64,000 nucleotides of DNA from an uncultured delta proteobacterium (GCA_963804165.1 CAWDPO010000043.1:128001-192000); one strand, 5' to 3'. Counted from the stretch's first letter, positions 29,831 through 43,472 are shown. The notes: generated by a model from the sequence alone, not told the origin. Program-made: numbers and translations.

Positions 29831-31060
29831 ATGCTATTCGAGAGTACTTTCCGTGCTTTTCGTCATCGCAACTATCTTATTTTCTGGTGCGGACTTCTTC
29901 TCGGCCATACCGGCACCTTGATTCAAACCACGGCGCAAAGCTGGTTGCTTTTTCAACTCACCAACTCACCGTTTTACCTGGGGCTCGAAGGACTTTGTCT
30001 GGGTCTGCCGCGTGTGCTTTTTGCCGCCCTCGGCGGCGCGATCGTCGATCGCACCGATCGCAAGATCATCTTTGTCGTTACCCAAAGCGCGTTTTTGCTC
30101 ATGGCGCTCTTTCTCGGTGTGATGAATTATTTGGGAACGATCCAAGTTTGGCACCTGTTGACGGTCTCGGCTCTGACCGGGTTTTTTGTTTCCTTTGAGC
30201 AGCCGGTGCGCCAATCGATCCTGCATCATCTCGTGCCGCGCGCCGACCTGCCCAATGCGGTCACCCTCTATCAAATGGTGTTCAACGGCTCTCTGCTCTT
30301 CGGCCCGTCCGTCGGCGGCATGTTGATTCCCGTGGTCGACACCCAAGGCTGTTTTTTCGTCGCCACAGTGGGAAATTTGTTTGTGCTGCTAACGATTTTT
30401 ATGATTCGGATATCTCGCTCCGCACCGGCAGAAAGCCGAAAAAGTCTTACCCGAGACATGATCGAAGGATTTCATCTCGCCTGGCGCGCGCCGTTGTTTT
30501 TAGCGCTTTTCACTGTGCTCGCCATCGTGACGTTCTGCACCAAACCCTACACGCAATTTATGCCCGTGTTTGCTCGCGATATCCTCCAAGTCGGCGCGCC
30601 CGGATTGGGACTATTGCTCATGGCTCCCGGCGCCGGAGCGATCGTAGGCGGACTAACGCTGGCGTCGGTTCGTCGCTTTCCAAAGCCCAATCATCTGCTC
30701 TTCATTTTGGCAGCGGGTTTTGGCTCGTCGATTGTCTGTTTCGCCATGTCGCGCAGTTTTCCGTTGTCTCTGGCATTTCTATTCGTTGCCGGCGGCTTTC
30801 AAACTACTTTTCTTTCCGCGATTGCAACTCTGTTGCAGATGCACGCCGATGAAACCAATCGTGGCAGGGTGATGTCCCTCTTCGGATTGTTCAATCGCGG
30901 GCTCGGCCCGATGGGTAGTTTTCCCTTCGGCCTAATCGCCACGGTGATCGGAGCGTCGGTAACGGTTGCGGCTTGTGGGGTGTTAACCGTCGTGCTGGTG
31001 GGTTACGTCGTCGTGTTCCAATCGAGCCTGCGCGAGGCTAAGCCTATCGGGGAGGCGTAA
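29831..31060 (+). CDS. MFS transporter (MFS_3 type)
   Basis: FRAFRHRNY; GGAIVDRTDRK; NRGRVMSLF; about 12 hydrophobic segments. Confidence 0.9.
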   Translation: MLFESTFRAFRHRNYLIFWCGLLLGHTGTLIQTTAQSWLLFQLTNSPFYLGLEGLCLGLPRVLFAALGGAIVDRTDRKIIFVVTQSAFLLMALFLGVMNYLGTIQVWHLLTVSALTGFFVSFEQPVRQSILHHLVPRADLPNAVTLYQMVFNGSLLFGPSVGGMLIPVVDTQGCFFVATVGNLFVLLTIFMIRISRSAPAESRKSLTRDMIEGFHLAWRAPLFLALFTVLAIVTFCTKPYTQFMPVFARDILQVGAPGLGLLLMAPGAGAIVGGLTLASVRRFPKPNHLLFILAAGFGSSIVCFAMSRSFPLSLAFLFVAGGFQTTFLSAIATLLQMHADETNRGRVMSLFGLFNRGLGPMGSFPFGLIATVIGASVTVAACGVLTVVLVGYVVVFQSSLREAKPIGEA

Positions 31061-31251
31061 TGGAATGGAACCGAGCAAAGCCGATGTATCGTAAGTGAAA
31101 GACGATTGATGAAATAGCCCGCGGCGAAGGTGGACGCCGAAACTTGGCGCAAGAATACTGCTTAACGCGGGATTTCTTCCCCGCAGAATCGAGGTCGGAT
31201 TCAGGTTTTGACAGGAAACCCTAGGTCAATGGATGCGGATCCGCCACGGCT

Positions 31252-31851
31252 TCAAATCTTGCCTTGAAGTCGCAGGGATTCGATTCGTTGTCGGATGATC
31301 TCGCCTAAATCATTAGTCGGTAATCCATCCGGGATTTGAATCGATTCAGCACCCAGCTGGATCAGCTTTTCATTCAACCCATAGAGGCTGGATCGAATCT
31401 GTTCGTAGTCTTGCAAGTACTGCCGGCAAGCCAGAATATTGTCGTCGATTTCATCCAAGCATTTGGAAAGTTTTCGGCTTTCCTGATGAAAGGTTTGACG
31501 CAGATGGTCCACGTTGGCCTGGATGATTTGTTCCTCCACCGGCCGTATCTGTTTGGCGATCTCACTTTTCATGTCCTGGAGCGCTTGCAATAATCGCTCG
31601 TAAGATTGTTCTTCCCGCATAAGATCCTCCGGCAGTTGAATTCTCGGCTCGCGCATCGAAATGTAATGCTGCGTGAGAGATTCCGACACTCGTTTCTTGA
31701 CCAGCGTCAAAGCTGCCTGGGTGTCGCGAATTTTATCGTCAATCCGCGAGTCATCAGTGATCAACTTGACTAACTTGGCTAGTGGATTTCCTGCGAGGTT
31801 CACGGTTCTCTCTGCAATATTCCGGGGCTTCTTCGCTCTCCCAGGGCTCAA
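31252..31851 (-). CDS. Hypothetical coiled-coil protein
   Basis: Long ORF, E/Q/L/I-rich heptad pattern; start uncertain. Confidence 0.7.
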   Translation of the reverse strand: MSPGRAKKPRNIAERTVNLAGNPLAKLVKLITDDSRIDDKIRDTQAALTLVKKRVSESLTQHYISMREPRIQLPEDLMREEQSYERLLQALQDMKSEIAKQIRPVEEQIIQANVDHLRQTFHQESRKLSKCLDEIDDNILACRQYLQDYEQIRSSLYGLNEKLIQLGAESIQIPDGLPTNDLGEIIRQRIESLRLQGKI

Positions 31852-32026
31852 ACTACGTATTCTTACTTATCGACTCCGACTTCAAACTTCAAGAACCCGT
31901 GAATTCCGGCAAGGAAAAGGCAAAAAAGGGTAATTCTTGGCGAGATTGTGCAGGCCGTCCCCCGGGTGTTACCGAAAACCGGACGGAGCAACACCGTAGG
32001 TTACGGGCACAAACAGCGTTGTTCGA

Positions 32027-32374
32027 TTAACTTTTGTCGGGGTCCTTAGGCTCGCGCAGTTCGCGTTTCCAACTCAGGGTTCTTGCTTTAGCCGCGATAT
32101 GCTCGGCCTCGGCGATCTGCCCGTGCTTCTGGTAGAAAATCGACAGGCTGGTGTACGCTAATTCATCATCAGGTGCGACTTCGATGAGGCGCTTGCCCAC
32201 TTCGATCGCCTTGTCGAACTTTTCCTGATGAGCGTAAGTCATGGCCAGCGCGTGAAGGGCGTCGGCATGGTTGGGATCCTCGTCGAGCGCCCGCAAATAA
32301 GCCGCTACTGCTTCGTCCAACTTGTCTTGGGCGAAAAACTCCATTCCTTCGTTGTAATGATCTTGTTTGTTCAC
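32027..32374 (-). CDS. Tetratricopeptide repeat protein
   Basis: EAVAAYLRALDEDPNHADALHALAMTY...KAIEVGKRLIEVAPDD. Confidence 0.88.
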   Translation of the reverse strand: MNKQDHYNEGMEFFAQDKLDEAVAAYLRALDEDPNHADALHALAMTYAHQEKFDKAIEVGKRLIEVAPDDELAYTSLSIFYQKHGQIAEAEHIAAKARTLSWKRELREPKDPDKS

Positions 32375-32381
32375 GGCAACG

Positions 32382-33543
32382 CTAATTGGATTTGGGCACT
32401 GTAACTGTAGTCAGGCGGGATGACGAAGACGCAAGGGAAGTGCTCGTTTGGCTGGTCAGTTCCGGTCGACATTGCTGCAGCAGAATTTTCTTCAGCATTG
32501 CTGGATTGACCGGTTTCTTGAAGATCACGCCTTGCAACCCCTCAAGGCAGCTCCGCTTGATGATATGATCTTTATCATAATTGAATGCGGTCATTAAGAC
32601 CACGGGGAGCTTCGGCGTCTTTTTCTTGACCGCCTGATAGAGTTCATAGCCATCCATATCGGGCATAACAACATCGCTTAACACGAGATCGAACTGTTCT
32701 CGCTTCAGCCATTCCAACGCATAGACACCGGATTCGGCGGTTTGAACGCAACAGCCTTCCGCTACGAGCAGGTCTCTAAGAGACTGGCAGACGCCGGCAT
32801 CGTCGTCAACGATCAAAACCCGCAGGCTATTCAGCGGATAGCGCTCATCGGGTTCTGGCTGCTCGCAGGGTTTCGCGGCATCGTCGACACGCAAATCTGC
32901 CATCATCTTACCGTGCAAATACTCTTTCGTGCCGTATTCGCCCTCATCAGCCATCTGGCTGATGCGGCCGGTAATGTCTTGAATTTTTTTTACTTGCGAC
33001 GCCAGGGATTCCAGTCGATCCGATTCGACGAGAAAGTCCTCGTCGTTAGCGACTCGTCCCACGTATTGACGCAGCATCTCGATTTGATTGACCAACACTT
33101 CGAGGGAGTTGTTATCTTCGTGCGATAGCCCTATGGCGATCTCGCCCAAAGTCACGAGTTGATCACGCCGCCTGATTTCCCGAATATCTTTGGCGAAACC
33201 GATTGATCCGATCTCGTTGCCCTGATCGTCGTAGGTAATCGACGCTGAAATCGCGACCGGGATCTTCTCCCCTTTTTTGGTTTTGAAAACGGTTTCGAAG
33301 TTGCGCAATCGCCCCTTGCCTCCGGCATCGGCTGCGCGCATGGCCGCCATGACTCTGCGGGCCTCTTCAAGACTCGGATAAATTTCCAGGACGTTTTTTC
33401 CCAAGACCTCTTCGTGGCTGAAGCCGAGATTTTGCCGCGCGCCGTCGTTGTAAAAGATGATTGTCCCTTGCTTATCGACTGAAATGATGATATCGGGGCA
33501 ACTCTCGACGAGTTTTTGGAAGTATTGTACCGGGCAGGGCCAT
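32382..33543 (-). CDS. PAS + HisKA-like (DHp) + receiver protein, no HATPase domain
   Basis: Upstream frame LVESCPDIIISVDKQGTIIFYNDGARQNLGF (PAS); GEIAIGLSHEDNNSL (H-box); VLIVDDD...SDVVMPDMDG...KKP (REC). Confidence 0.8.
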
Positions 33544-33657
33544 AGGACTCAGGATGTATCTTGCATGATAAGTCGAACGACGATATCAATGCAAGAGCCT
33601 TGAGCAACATCGGGTTAGCGCGCCTCGCGATAATCTTTGACCGCCTCCGCAGTTTTC

Positions 33658-35499
33658 ATGGAACCGACCAAGGACACCCGGCAGCTCAACTGGTTATTGG
33701 CGTGGGCGGTAGTTTTTTGCGACATCGGCACGTCCGTGTATTACGTGCCTGGCATTCTCTACGGCACCGTCGGCGACAAGACTCCGTTCTTTATTTTGCT
33801 CACGACTTTGGCCTTCATTCCTCTGGCCCTGAAGTACATTGAGATTACTTGGCGTAACCCCGAAGGCGGCGGCGTGGTGACGATCACGACCAAGGCGTTA
33901 GGACCCATGTGGGGCTGCCTCGGCGGGATGCTGATTACAACGAGCTATTTTCTTACTGCAGCGATCTCAGCCGTTTCTGGTATTCATTACGTCGGTAGTG
34001 TTTTACCTTTTCTCGATGCGCACATCGTGGTGTTGGCCTGTTTCGGCCTGCTCGCTTTAGCCATTCTCAATATCGTCGGCATCCGAGAAAGTGCGACCGC
34101 TGCCGTTTTCATGGCTGCTACGGCATTCATCGTCGATATTGTCGTGATCACCTTATCGGTCGAGTAGTTTTTCTTTCGATCAGTGGACACAAGCGCTGGA
34201 AAACTTTATCTCCGGACACGACCTCTCCGTTCACAGCCTGCTGGTTGGCTTTGCCGCCGCTTGGCTCGCCTTCTCCGGATTGGAAAGCATTAGCCAGCTC
34301 AGCCCGGTCATACGATTCCCTATACGCCGGACAACAAGATGGGCGATGATGGCCGTTATTCTAACGACTATCGTTACATCACCGTTGCTCTCAGTTCTGT
34401 CGATCAACCATGCTTGAAGCTAATGTGAAGGCAACCCAGAGTGAACGCTTTATTTCGGAGGTTGCGGATAATTTCCGGCGGCTTCGGCCTGAAGTTAGCT
34501 GTGGTCTTGAGCGCCTCAACGCTGCTTCTCTTCGCGGCCAACACGGCGATTATCGGCGCCTATCACATCTTTCTCGCGTTATCGAAGCGGGATTTTTACC
34601 GCGGGTGATTTCCCTTCGCAGCAACAAATTTCATAGCCCACACATTGCGATTTCCATCGCCACGATAATTCCCGTGGGAGTCATCCTTGCGACGCGTGGA
34701 GAACTGACGCTCCTCGGCGAGATGTATGCGTTTGGCTTTGGGCGCATTTTTCTTTTCATCGCTGAGTTTGGACATCATTCGCTGGCGATTGGGACGGCGC
34801 GATTTCGCCTTCTGGTTTGGAGTGCTCACGACGGCTATGGTCCTAGTCGCCTGGTGCGTCAATATCGTCGATAAAGAACTGGCGACGCTACTTCGGCGGA
34901 CTTCTCAGTGCAATCGGTATGCTTTTCGCCATCGGTGTGCGACGGGCATGGTTCATCGAGGCCCTCATGCAGATTCCCTTTGTGCAGCGGCTCCAGGCAC
35001 GTGCCTATCGCGCTTCCGAAAACCTGGTCGAAGACGAACTGAAGGGACTTGATGACGCTCGCCGAAGCCGTTGAAGTGAAGCCTCTTTACCCTTCCTCCA
35101 CATTGTTGGCGATCCGTGACGAAAATCCGCGCTTGATTCAGGAAGCGCTCACCCGAGCAAAAGGTAAGCGCGAGTCCGCCCTCTATTGTATTTACGTCGA
35201 AGAATGGCCAGGACTGTTCGCCGGAGCGACTCCTCATGCACCAAACGAACAGGGCGTCGAGACTTTAAAGGCGGCGCTGCAAGCCGTCCGAGGAAACCAG
35301 ATCGAGATGATTCCCATCTGGGCCGTCTCCCACAATGCCGCCGAAGCGATCGCCAACGCTGCCAAAGTCGCTCGACGTCGACGCCGTGATCATCGGCGCA
35401 TCGCGCCGTTCGGCGTTTTACCACATGCTGCGCGGCCACGTGGTCAAAGGATTGATGAAGAAACTACCGCGGGATTGCCACTTGATGATCTGCAATTGA
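33658..35499 (+). CDS. APC/KimA-like permease with C-terminal USP-like domain (multiple indels)
   Basis: WAVVFCDIGTSVYY; PEGGG; AFSGLESISQL; LGEMYAFG; C-terminal VIIGASRR...LRGHVVKGL...CHLMICN*. Confidence 0.78.
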
Positions 35500-35582
35500 T
35501 TTCACCTCAGCAAATGAGGTGAAATCACCTGAGCCAGCGAAGGATCTGTCTTCCTTAATTCCGAATATGATCGATCCAACGG

Positions 35583-36287
35583 CTAAGCCATATCTCTTCG
35601 CTCGCCTTGGCGGACTGCTCGATCAGCTCGTGCGCTTCTTCCGCGCCGAGAAAACGGTCGATCGCCGCGTGACCGGCGTAAAGCAACGGCGTGACGCTCG
35701 AGCGCGACGATGAGCTTGAAAGAATAGTTCGACGCCGCCACCGTCAAAAATTCGGATGTCTGCATTTTGCCGGGGAGCCAGAAGGCGATGCCGATAATGA
35801 CGATGCTGTCGATCAGTTGCGAGACCACGGTGGAGCCGGTGGCGCGCATCCACAGAAATCTTCCGCCGGTCTTGTGCCGAACCAGCCAAAAAATAAAGAC
35901 GTCGACCAGTTGACTCACGGCGAAGGCGATGACGCTGCCGACGATGATCCACAACGATTGGCCGAAACACCGCGTAAAATTGCGCGTCGGTCACCGGTGA
36001 AAACGACGCGGCCGGGAACTTGGATGGCGAGGAAAAGCACGACGAAAGCGTAGACGATCAGGCCAATGGTCATGAACGTCAGCCGCTTGACTCCTTCCCG
36101 GCCAAAGTATTCGTTGATCAGATCGGTGGCGATAAACACCACCGGCCAGGGAATGACGCCGATGCTCAAGGTAAATGGACCGAGGGTAAACAGCTTGCCG
36201 CCGGTCAATTCGCCGAGAATCGCGTTGGTGACGAAGAAACCCGGCCAGCGCCAGATAGACGATATCTCTGCGGCTTTGAGTTCCCAT
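35583..36287 (-). CDS. yhhQ: Queuosine precursor transporter (YhhQ/VUT family), frameshifted
   Basis: PVVFIATDLINEYFG; SVIAFAVSQLVDV; WMRATGSTVVSQLIDS. Confidence 0.85.
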
Positions 36288-36328
36288 GGTGACTTAGCCC
36301 GCGCGCGGTGCTGCGATTCGCGCGGAAG

Positions 36329-37365
36329 CTATTTCATGCCGAGAGTTTTGAGAAACCCTGACTTGGTCAAGGCGTCGACAAAAGAATTGTCGTAGAAATC
36401 TTTCGGATCGGCGTTCTTGGCATTGGGGAATTCTTTTTCGTCGAGATATTCGAACTGCCCGCTGATCGCCTCCGGACTGCACGGCCAGACTCATCGCCCA
36501 GTAGGGCGCGAAGGCTTCATAGGTGCCGTCGATGGTCGGCGCGTCGTCGATCTTGGCGTATTTGGCGATCGCTTTTTTAGCCGCCGCGGGATCTTGGCGC
36601 GCCAGCGACGACGCCTTCGGCGATCGCTTTGAGGAACGCATAAACGGTAGTTGGGATTATTTTTCAGATATTTTTCCGTGGTGCCGTAGGCGACTTGGAA
36701 TGCCGGGAATATTGAGCTTGCCGATATCGACCAGGAGATTGAGTCCCGACTCTTTGGCTTTGATCGTATTTGGTGCCGACAGCGTGCCGGCCGCGGTCTT
36801 GCCGCCGAGGATCGAGCTTAAGAATCGCCGGCACCGACTGGACGTAGAGAATCTGCACGTCTTTGTCCGGCACCAGGCCGTTTTTTTTCAGCGCCTCGCG
36901 GGTCGCGGTATCGAGCGCGGCGCGCGGCGTGCTCGCCGCCACCGTCTTGCCTTTTAGATCTTGAATAGTTTTGATTTCCTTGGCGCCCCAAATCTGAAAC
37001 ACCAGCTGCTGGATCGTCCCGCCGAAATATTTCACCTGGCCGCCGTGCAAGCCGCGCATTGATCAGATCCGGCCCATCAGTGTAGAAATCCGCCTCCTCG
37101 GACGATCACCGCCTGCGCCGACACCTGCGGCGTGAACAGTTGCAGAGTTGGCATTCAATCCGTATTTTTTGAACAACCCGGCTTCATACGCCAGCCAGAT
37201 CGGCGTAAACGCGCCGCTCGGTTGCGCGTAGGTCACCACGACGTCCGATTTTTCCGGCTTGCCGCCGACATCTGCGCGCAAACAATGACACCACCGACCC
37301 TGTGAACAGCACACGCTAAGACAAAGCACCCAACTCGCATAAAACACGACCTTGGAGCTAGCCAT
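36329..37365 (-). CDS. ABC transporter substrate-binding protein (NMT1/SsuA-like), frameshifted
   Basis: PIWLAYEAGLFKKYGL; IKTIQDLKGKTVA; FYDNSFVDAL. Confidence 0.8.
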
Positions 37366-37410
37366 CCCATTCACCTCTGCAATTTTCTTCCGTACGATTT
37401 TTCCCTGGTC

Positions 37411-37441
37411 AACTCCAAGACCCGAGACCCAAAATCTGAAA
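37411..37441. repeat. Degenerate heptamer tandem repeat
   Basis: CTCCAAG ACCCGAG ACCCAAA ATCTGAA. Confidence 0.45.
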
Positions 37442-39186
37442 CGGCTTCCGCCGGCCGCACATCGACGATTTTCAATTCGACGCTGTGTGCCGTTCCAATC
37501 ATTCTCGAGTCAACCGATAAGCAACATCGATCATCTCTCCCGGCATGCCGGGATAGTCATCGCCGACGCCGAAGACAACGCCGCTGATCACGCGGCCGCT
37601 CTGGCGCAAGCGAAAGCGCACGCCGGCGGAAAAAACTTTGCGTTCGCAAATTTCCGCGCCCGAGTGGTCATGAACACCGGCTCCGGATTGCCGACGCCAA
37701 AAGGCTTGCAGAACGTTCAGCTCGTGCAATAAGCGGCATGCCGATGTCGGAAAAATCCAATCGCGCATCGATCTCCAGCAGCGGCAACAGGTCTTCCGGC
37801 GTGAGCGATTGCCGCGCGGCGTGCTTCGAAAGCTTCGGCGAAACGCTCCAGCTTCTCCGCCCTGATCGACAAGCCGCCGGCGTATTCATGGCCGCCGAAT
37901 TTTTCCAAATGCTCCGCGCAGCGGTGAAATCCGTCGACCATATGAAAGCCGCGGATGCTGCGCGCCGAGCCTTTGCCGTCGCCGCCATTGAAACCGATGA
38001 CGACGGTCGGACGGTAAAACTTTTCGACGATGCGAGACGCGACGATGCCGAGCACGCCGGGATGCCAGCCCTCGCCCGCCAATACCAGCGAATGGCGGCT
38101 GGCCGCCATCCATCGCCGCGTCTCCGCCTGCGCCAGGGCATGCTCTAGTACCGCGGCTTCGATGGCGCGCCGCTCGCTGATTATGCGCGTCCAACTCCTG
38201 GGCGATGCGCAGGGCGATTTCGCTGGAATCGGTCGTCAGCAACTCGACGACTTTGATGCCGTAATCCACCCGTCCCGCGGCGTTGATGCGCGGCCCCAAA
38301 CGAAACCCAACTTGCCCGGCGCTGACTTCGCCGGCTGGAATGCCGGCGACTTGTTTGAGCGCGACGACTCCGGGCCGCGTGGAGGTAGCCAACTCCAGTC
38401 AGACCGCGCTTGATCAGCGTGCGATTGACGCCCTTGAGCGGCACCATGTCGGCGATCGTGCCGAGCGTGACGATATCGAGATAGCGCCGAATATCGGGAT
38501 CGCCGCGCCGTTCTAAGAACCAGCCGCTTCGCGCAACTTGGCGCGCAGGCCAATGACCAGATAAAACGCCAACCCAGCGGCGCACGAGTCCTTTGTCAGG
38601 AAATGCGCAGTCCTTGCGGTGCGGATTGATCACCGCCACCGCCGGCGGAAGCTCGTCCGGCGGCTGATGATGATCGACAACGACGATATCGAGACCGAAA
38701 TCTCGCGCGGCGGCAACTTCTTTGGCATTGGAAATGCCGCAGTCCACGGTGACGACCAAGATCGACGCCGCGTTCTTTGAGCCGCCTCAGTCCTTCAATG
38801 TTGAGACCGTAACCCTCTTCGATGCGATGCGGCACATGGTAGATCGGTGCCGCGCCGATCTCGCGCAAGAAAGAAACCAGCACCGAAGCCCCGGTGGTGC
38901 CGTCGACGTCGTAGTCGCCCCAAATGCCGATCTGTTCGCTTGTTCTTGATCGCCGACAATGCCGCTGCACCGCCGGCTCCATATCGGCCATGTCGAACGG
39001 CGATGGCAGGTCCGCGCGTAGACTGGACGAAAGATAAGAAACGCCGCGTAGACTCGATATCGGCAAAACCGCGCAGGGCAGGATGCGCGCCAGCAGCGGC
39101 GAAAGTTTGAGCTGTTCGGCAGTGTTGAGCGACGCTTCGTGGGTCGGCTTCCTAAGAATCCAACGTTTGGCAGAGTCATTTGGCAT
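37430..39186 (-). CDS. recJ: Single-stranded DNA exonuclease RecJ, frameshifted (3' end approximate)
   Basis: GDYDVDG; TVDCG; VDHH; GPRINAAGR; WHPGVLGIVASR; GSARS; FGGH. Confidence 0.93.
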
Positions 39187-39295
39187 GTAAGGTTCGGTAG
39201 GAGTCAATGACACGCTGGACAATGCGTCTTGAAGCACGAGTCGGACGTTGATCGTCGGCGTCTCGCGACCTTTGCTGATTTGCAGCCTCGGTGAT

Positions 39296-40239
39296 TTATC
39301 TTCTCGCAGCTATCTCCGAACCGTACCGCCCCACAGCAGGATGACCGGACTGGCGATAAAGATCGTCGAGTAGACGCCGGAGATAAAGCCCACCAACAAC
39401 GCGAAAGCGAAGGGCCGGATCACCGCGCCGCCGAGAAGATAAAGCGCCAACAGCACCAACAAAGCCGTGCCGGTGGTCAAGAATCGTCCGGCTCAATGTC
39501 TCGTTGATGCTGGTATTGATGATATTTTCCAGGGTTTCGCGCCTTATCTTGCGCAAGTTCTCGCGAATACGGTCGCAAATCACCACCGTATCGTTGACCG
39601 AAAAACCGACGATGGTCAGCAGCGCCGCGACCACCGTCAGATCGAACTCGTAGTTGGCCAGCATCAAAGCGCCGACGGTAACCAAAACATCATGAATCAA
39701 CGCGATCACCGCGCCGAGACCAAAATGCAAACCAAATCGCGCGCCGAACGCCGAGCGCGAAGCGAATCCAGATGTACACGCCCATCATGACCGTCGCGGC
39801 GATGACCGAAAGCGTACCGCGCCAGCGCAAATCTTCGCCGATTTTCGGTCCGACGAACTCGATCCGGCGGATCTCAAATTTATCGGCGCCGAATTTGTTC
39901 GTCAGCGCCTTTTTGATTTGATCGCCGAGCGCGCCGATTCGACAGCCGACTTTTTCCACGCGCACGAGAAATTCGTTCGATCCCTCCTGGCCGAAATCCT
40001 GAATCACGCTGCCGCCGAGCTGCACGCTCTCCAGCGCTTGGCGAATATCCGGCAATCGTGATCTTTTGATTAAATTTCAATTGCACCATGGTGCCGCCGG
40101 CAAAGTCGACGCCCAAGAGTGGGCCCTTTGATGAACAGAAACGCGAGGACGATGAAGATTGACCACGCGTGGACAGAATCACCGCGAGCTTGCGATATTT
40201 GGTAAACGGGATTTTGGTTCCTGGATTGATGAGTTCCAT
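39296..40239 (-). CDS. secF: Protein translocase subunit SecF, frameshifted
   Basis: GVDFAGGT; FVGPKIGEDL; GFSVNDTVVICDRIRE; SINETLSRT. Confidence 0.93.
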
Positions 40240-40248
40240 TATTGCCTC

Positions 40249-41863
40249 CTAGATGCTGATGCGCTCGAGACTACGCGCGCTGATACGGTAGTCGTAATAG
40301 ATTCTGGTGAGATAAACCGCCGTAATCACGGTCGTAAGAATGCCGATACAAAGCGTCACGGCGAAACCTTTGATCGGCCCGGTGCCGAACTGAAACAGGA
40401 TCACCCCGGAAAGAAAAGTCGTGATATTGGAATCCAAGATCGCCGGCAGCGCATTTTGATAGCCCGCCTCGATGGCCGAGCGCACCGCGCGGCCCGCTCT
40501 AAGCTCTTCGCGAATGCGTTCGTTGATCAGAACGTTGGCGTCAACCGCCATGCCGACGGTCAACACAATGCCGGCGATACCCGGCAAAGTGAGTACCGCC
40601 TGAAAACCGGCTAGGATGGCGACCATGAACAAGACGTTGAAGACCAGCGCCGACCACGGCGACCAAGCCGGCGCCTTTGTAATAAGCGATCATGAACAGC
40701 ACCACGAAGGCGCCGCCGACGATAAACGAAGTCGATGCCTTGATTGATCGAATCTTGCCCCAGCGAAGGCCCGACCGTGCGCTCTTCGGCGATCTCCACC
40801 GGCGCCGGCAGCGCGCCGGCGCGCAGGACGATCGATAAGATCGCGCGCTTCTTTGATGTCGAAATTGCCGGTGATCGATGCCCGGCCGCCGCCGATCCGC
40901 TCTTGAATCACCGGGGCGGAATAGACGCGGTTGTCGAGCACGATGGCGAGGCGGCGCTTGACGTTGGCCGCGGTGATCTGTTCGAAGAGCCGCGCCGCCG
41001 GCGTTGTTGAGGATCAGCTCGACAGAGGCCCCTGCAGTTGCTCCGCCGGCCGCACCCGCGCGTCCTGAATATATTCGCCCGTCATCAACGCGCGCGACTC
41101 CAGGACATAGGGCTTGCTTTTCCGTGCCCGCTCCCTCGCCCCTGACCGGCGTGGCCGTAGAGCACCTCGCGGCCCGGCGGCGGGCCGTTCTTGATCGCCT
41201 CTTCCGCATTCGCCGTGTCGTCGACGAGTTTGAATTCCAAAAGCGCCGTCTTGCCGATAATATCCTTGGCCCGCGTCAGGATCTTGGATGCCGGGAAGTT
41301 GGATCAAGATGTTGGTTTGTCCCTGGCGCTGAATGATCGGCTCGCTGACGCCGAACTGGTCGATCCGGTTGCGGATCGTTTCCAGCGACTGATCGACGGC
41401 ATAATCGCGCAGAGAGCGCAGTTCTTCTTTGCTCAACGTCAGAAAGAGTCGTGGTGCCGGCCGCCGGTTTGCGGCGTCTTCGCTTCGACAAGTTAGCCGA
41501 AGTCGCTTTTGAGAATGCCGCGCACCCGCTCGGCGTTGGCGGCCGGCGCTTTGATCTGCATCTGCGTCCCTTCGACGCGCTCCACCGACACGCCGGCAAT
41601 ACCCTTCTCGCGAACAGCGTTGGTCAGATCGCCTCGCACACGCTCGACATTGATTTTCGATCGCTTTGTCGACTTTCACTTCAAGCACCAGATGGCTGCC
41701 GCCTTGAAGATCGAGTCCGAGGTGAATCTTTTCCGCTCGGCAAAAAATTACGTCCACCAATCCGGCATGCGGGCCTGCACAAACGTCCGGGAACCAAGTA
41801 AATAAAAGCCACCAGACATGGCGATACTGAATAAAATCATCGCGTCAGAACGCTTCGTCGCAT
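40249..41863 (-). CDS. secD: Protein translocase subunit SecD, frameshifted
   Basis: LGLDLQGG; [13 protein letters not shown]; ERTVGPSLG; [17 protein letters not shown]. Confidence 0.93.
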
Positions 41864-41867
41864 TCCT

Positions 41868-42206
41868 CTAATCCTTTCCTTCTTTCGCCGGCGCTTTTTC
41901 GCCGGTGAATACGGCCGAGATCTGCGGGCGATGCACGCGGATGCGCACGTTCGGCGCCACCTCCAACGTCACCACCGTTTCCTTTAAGTCGACCACCTTA
42001 CCGTAAATTCCGCCGGAGGTCATCACTTCGTCGTTCTTTTTTAGCTTGTTGAGCAGCTCTTGATGTTCTTTGGCCTTTTTCTGCTGCGGCCGAATCACCA
42101 TGAAATACATGATGACGAAAATTAGAATGAACGGGAATCATGCGTCATCATCGGGGCCCGGTCCGCCGGCTCCCGGCGCGCTTTGTGCGTAAGCGAGATC
42201 GAACAT
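41868..42206 (-). CDS. yajC: Preprotein translocase subunit YajC, frameshifted
   Basis: MYFMVIRPQQKK; DEVMTSGGIYG; position between tgt and secD. Confidence 0.92.
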
Positions 42207-42216
42207 AATTCCTCCT

Positions 42217-43346
<1,130 letters not shown>

Positions 43347-43351
43347 GGACC

Positions 43352-43472
43352 AATTTTGGATTGTCGGATTGGAGATTGTCGGATAGGGGCACCGTTCGCA
43401 AGTCTAATGCGGATCGCTCCGAATCCGACAATCCAAATTCCAAAAGCGGCCCCGCAGACGCGATCCAAAATT
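43352..43472. repeat. Inverted repeat built from 7/8-mer units between queA and tgt
   Basis: TTTGGATTGTCGGATT (43355-43370) vs AATCCGACAATCCAAA (43422-43437); AATTTTGGAT (43352-61) vs ATCCAAAATT (43463-72). Confidence 0.75.

Noticed and set aside
36288-36330. preQ1 riboswitch upstream of yhhQ (also sought before queA)
   Set aside because: The spacer is about 40 nt and GC-rich, with no preQ1 stem or A-rich tail seen.
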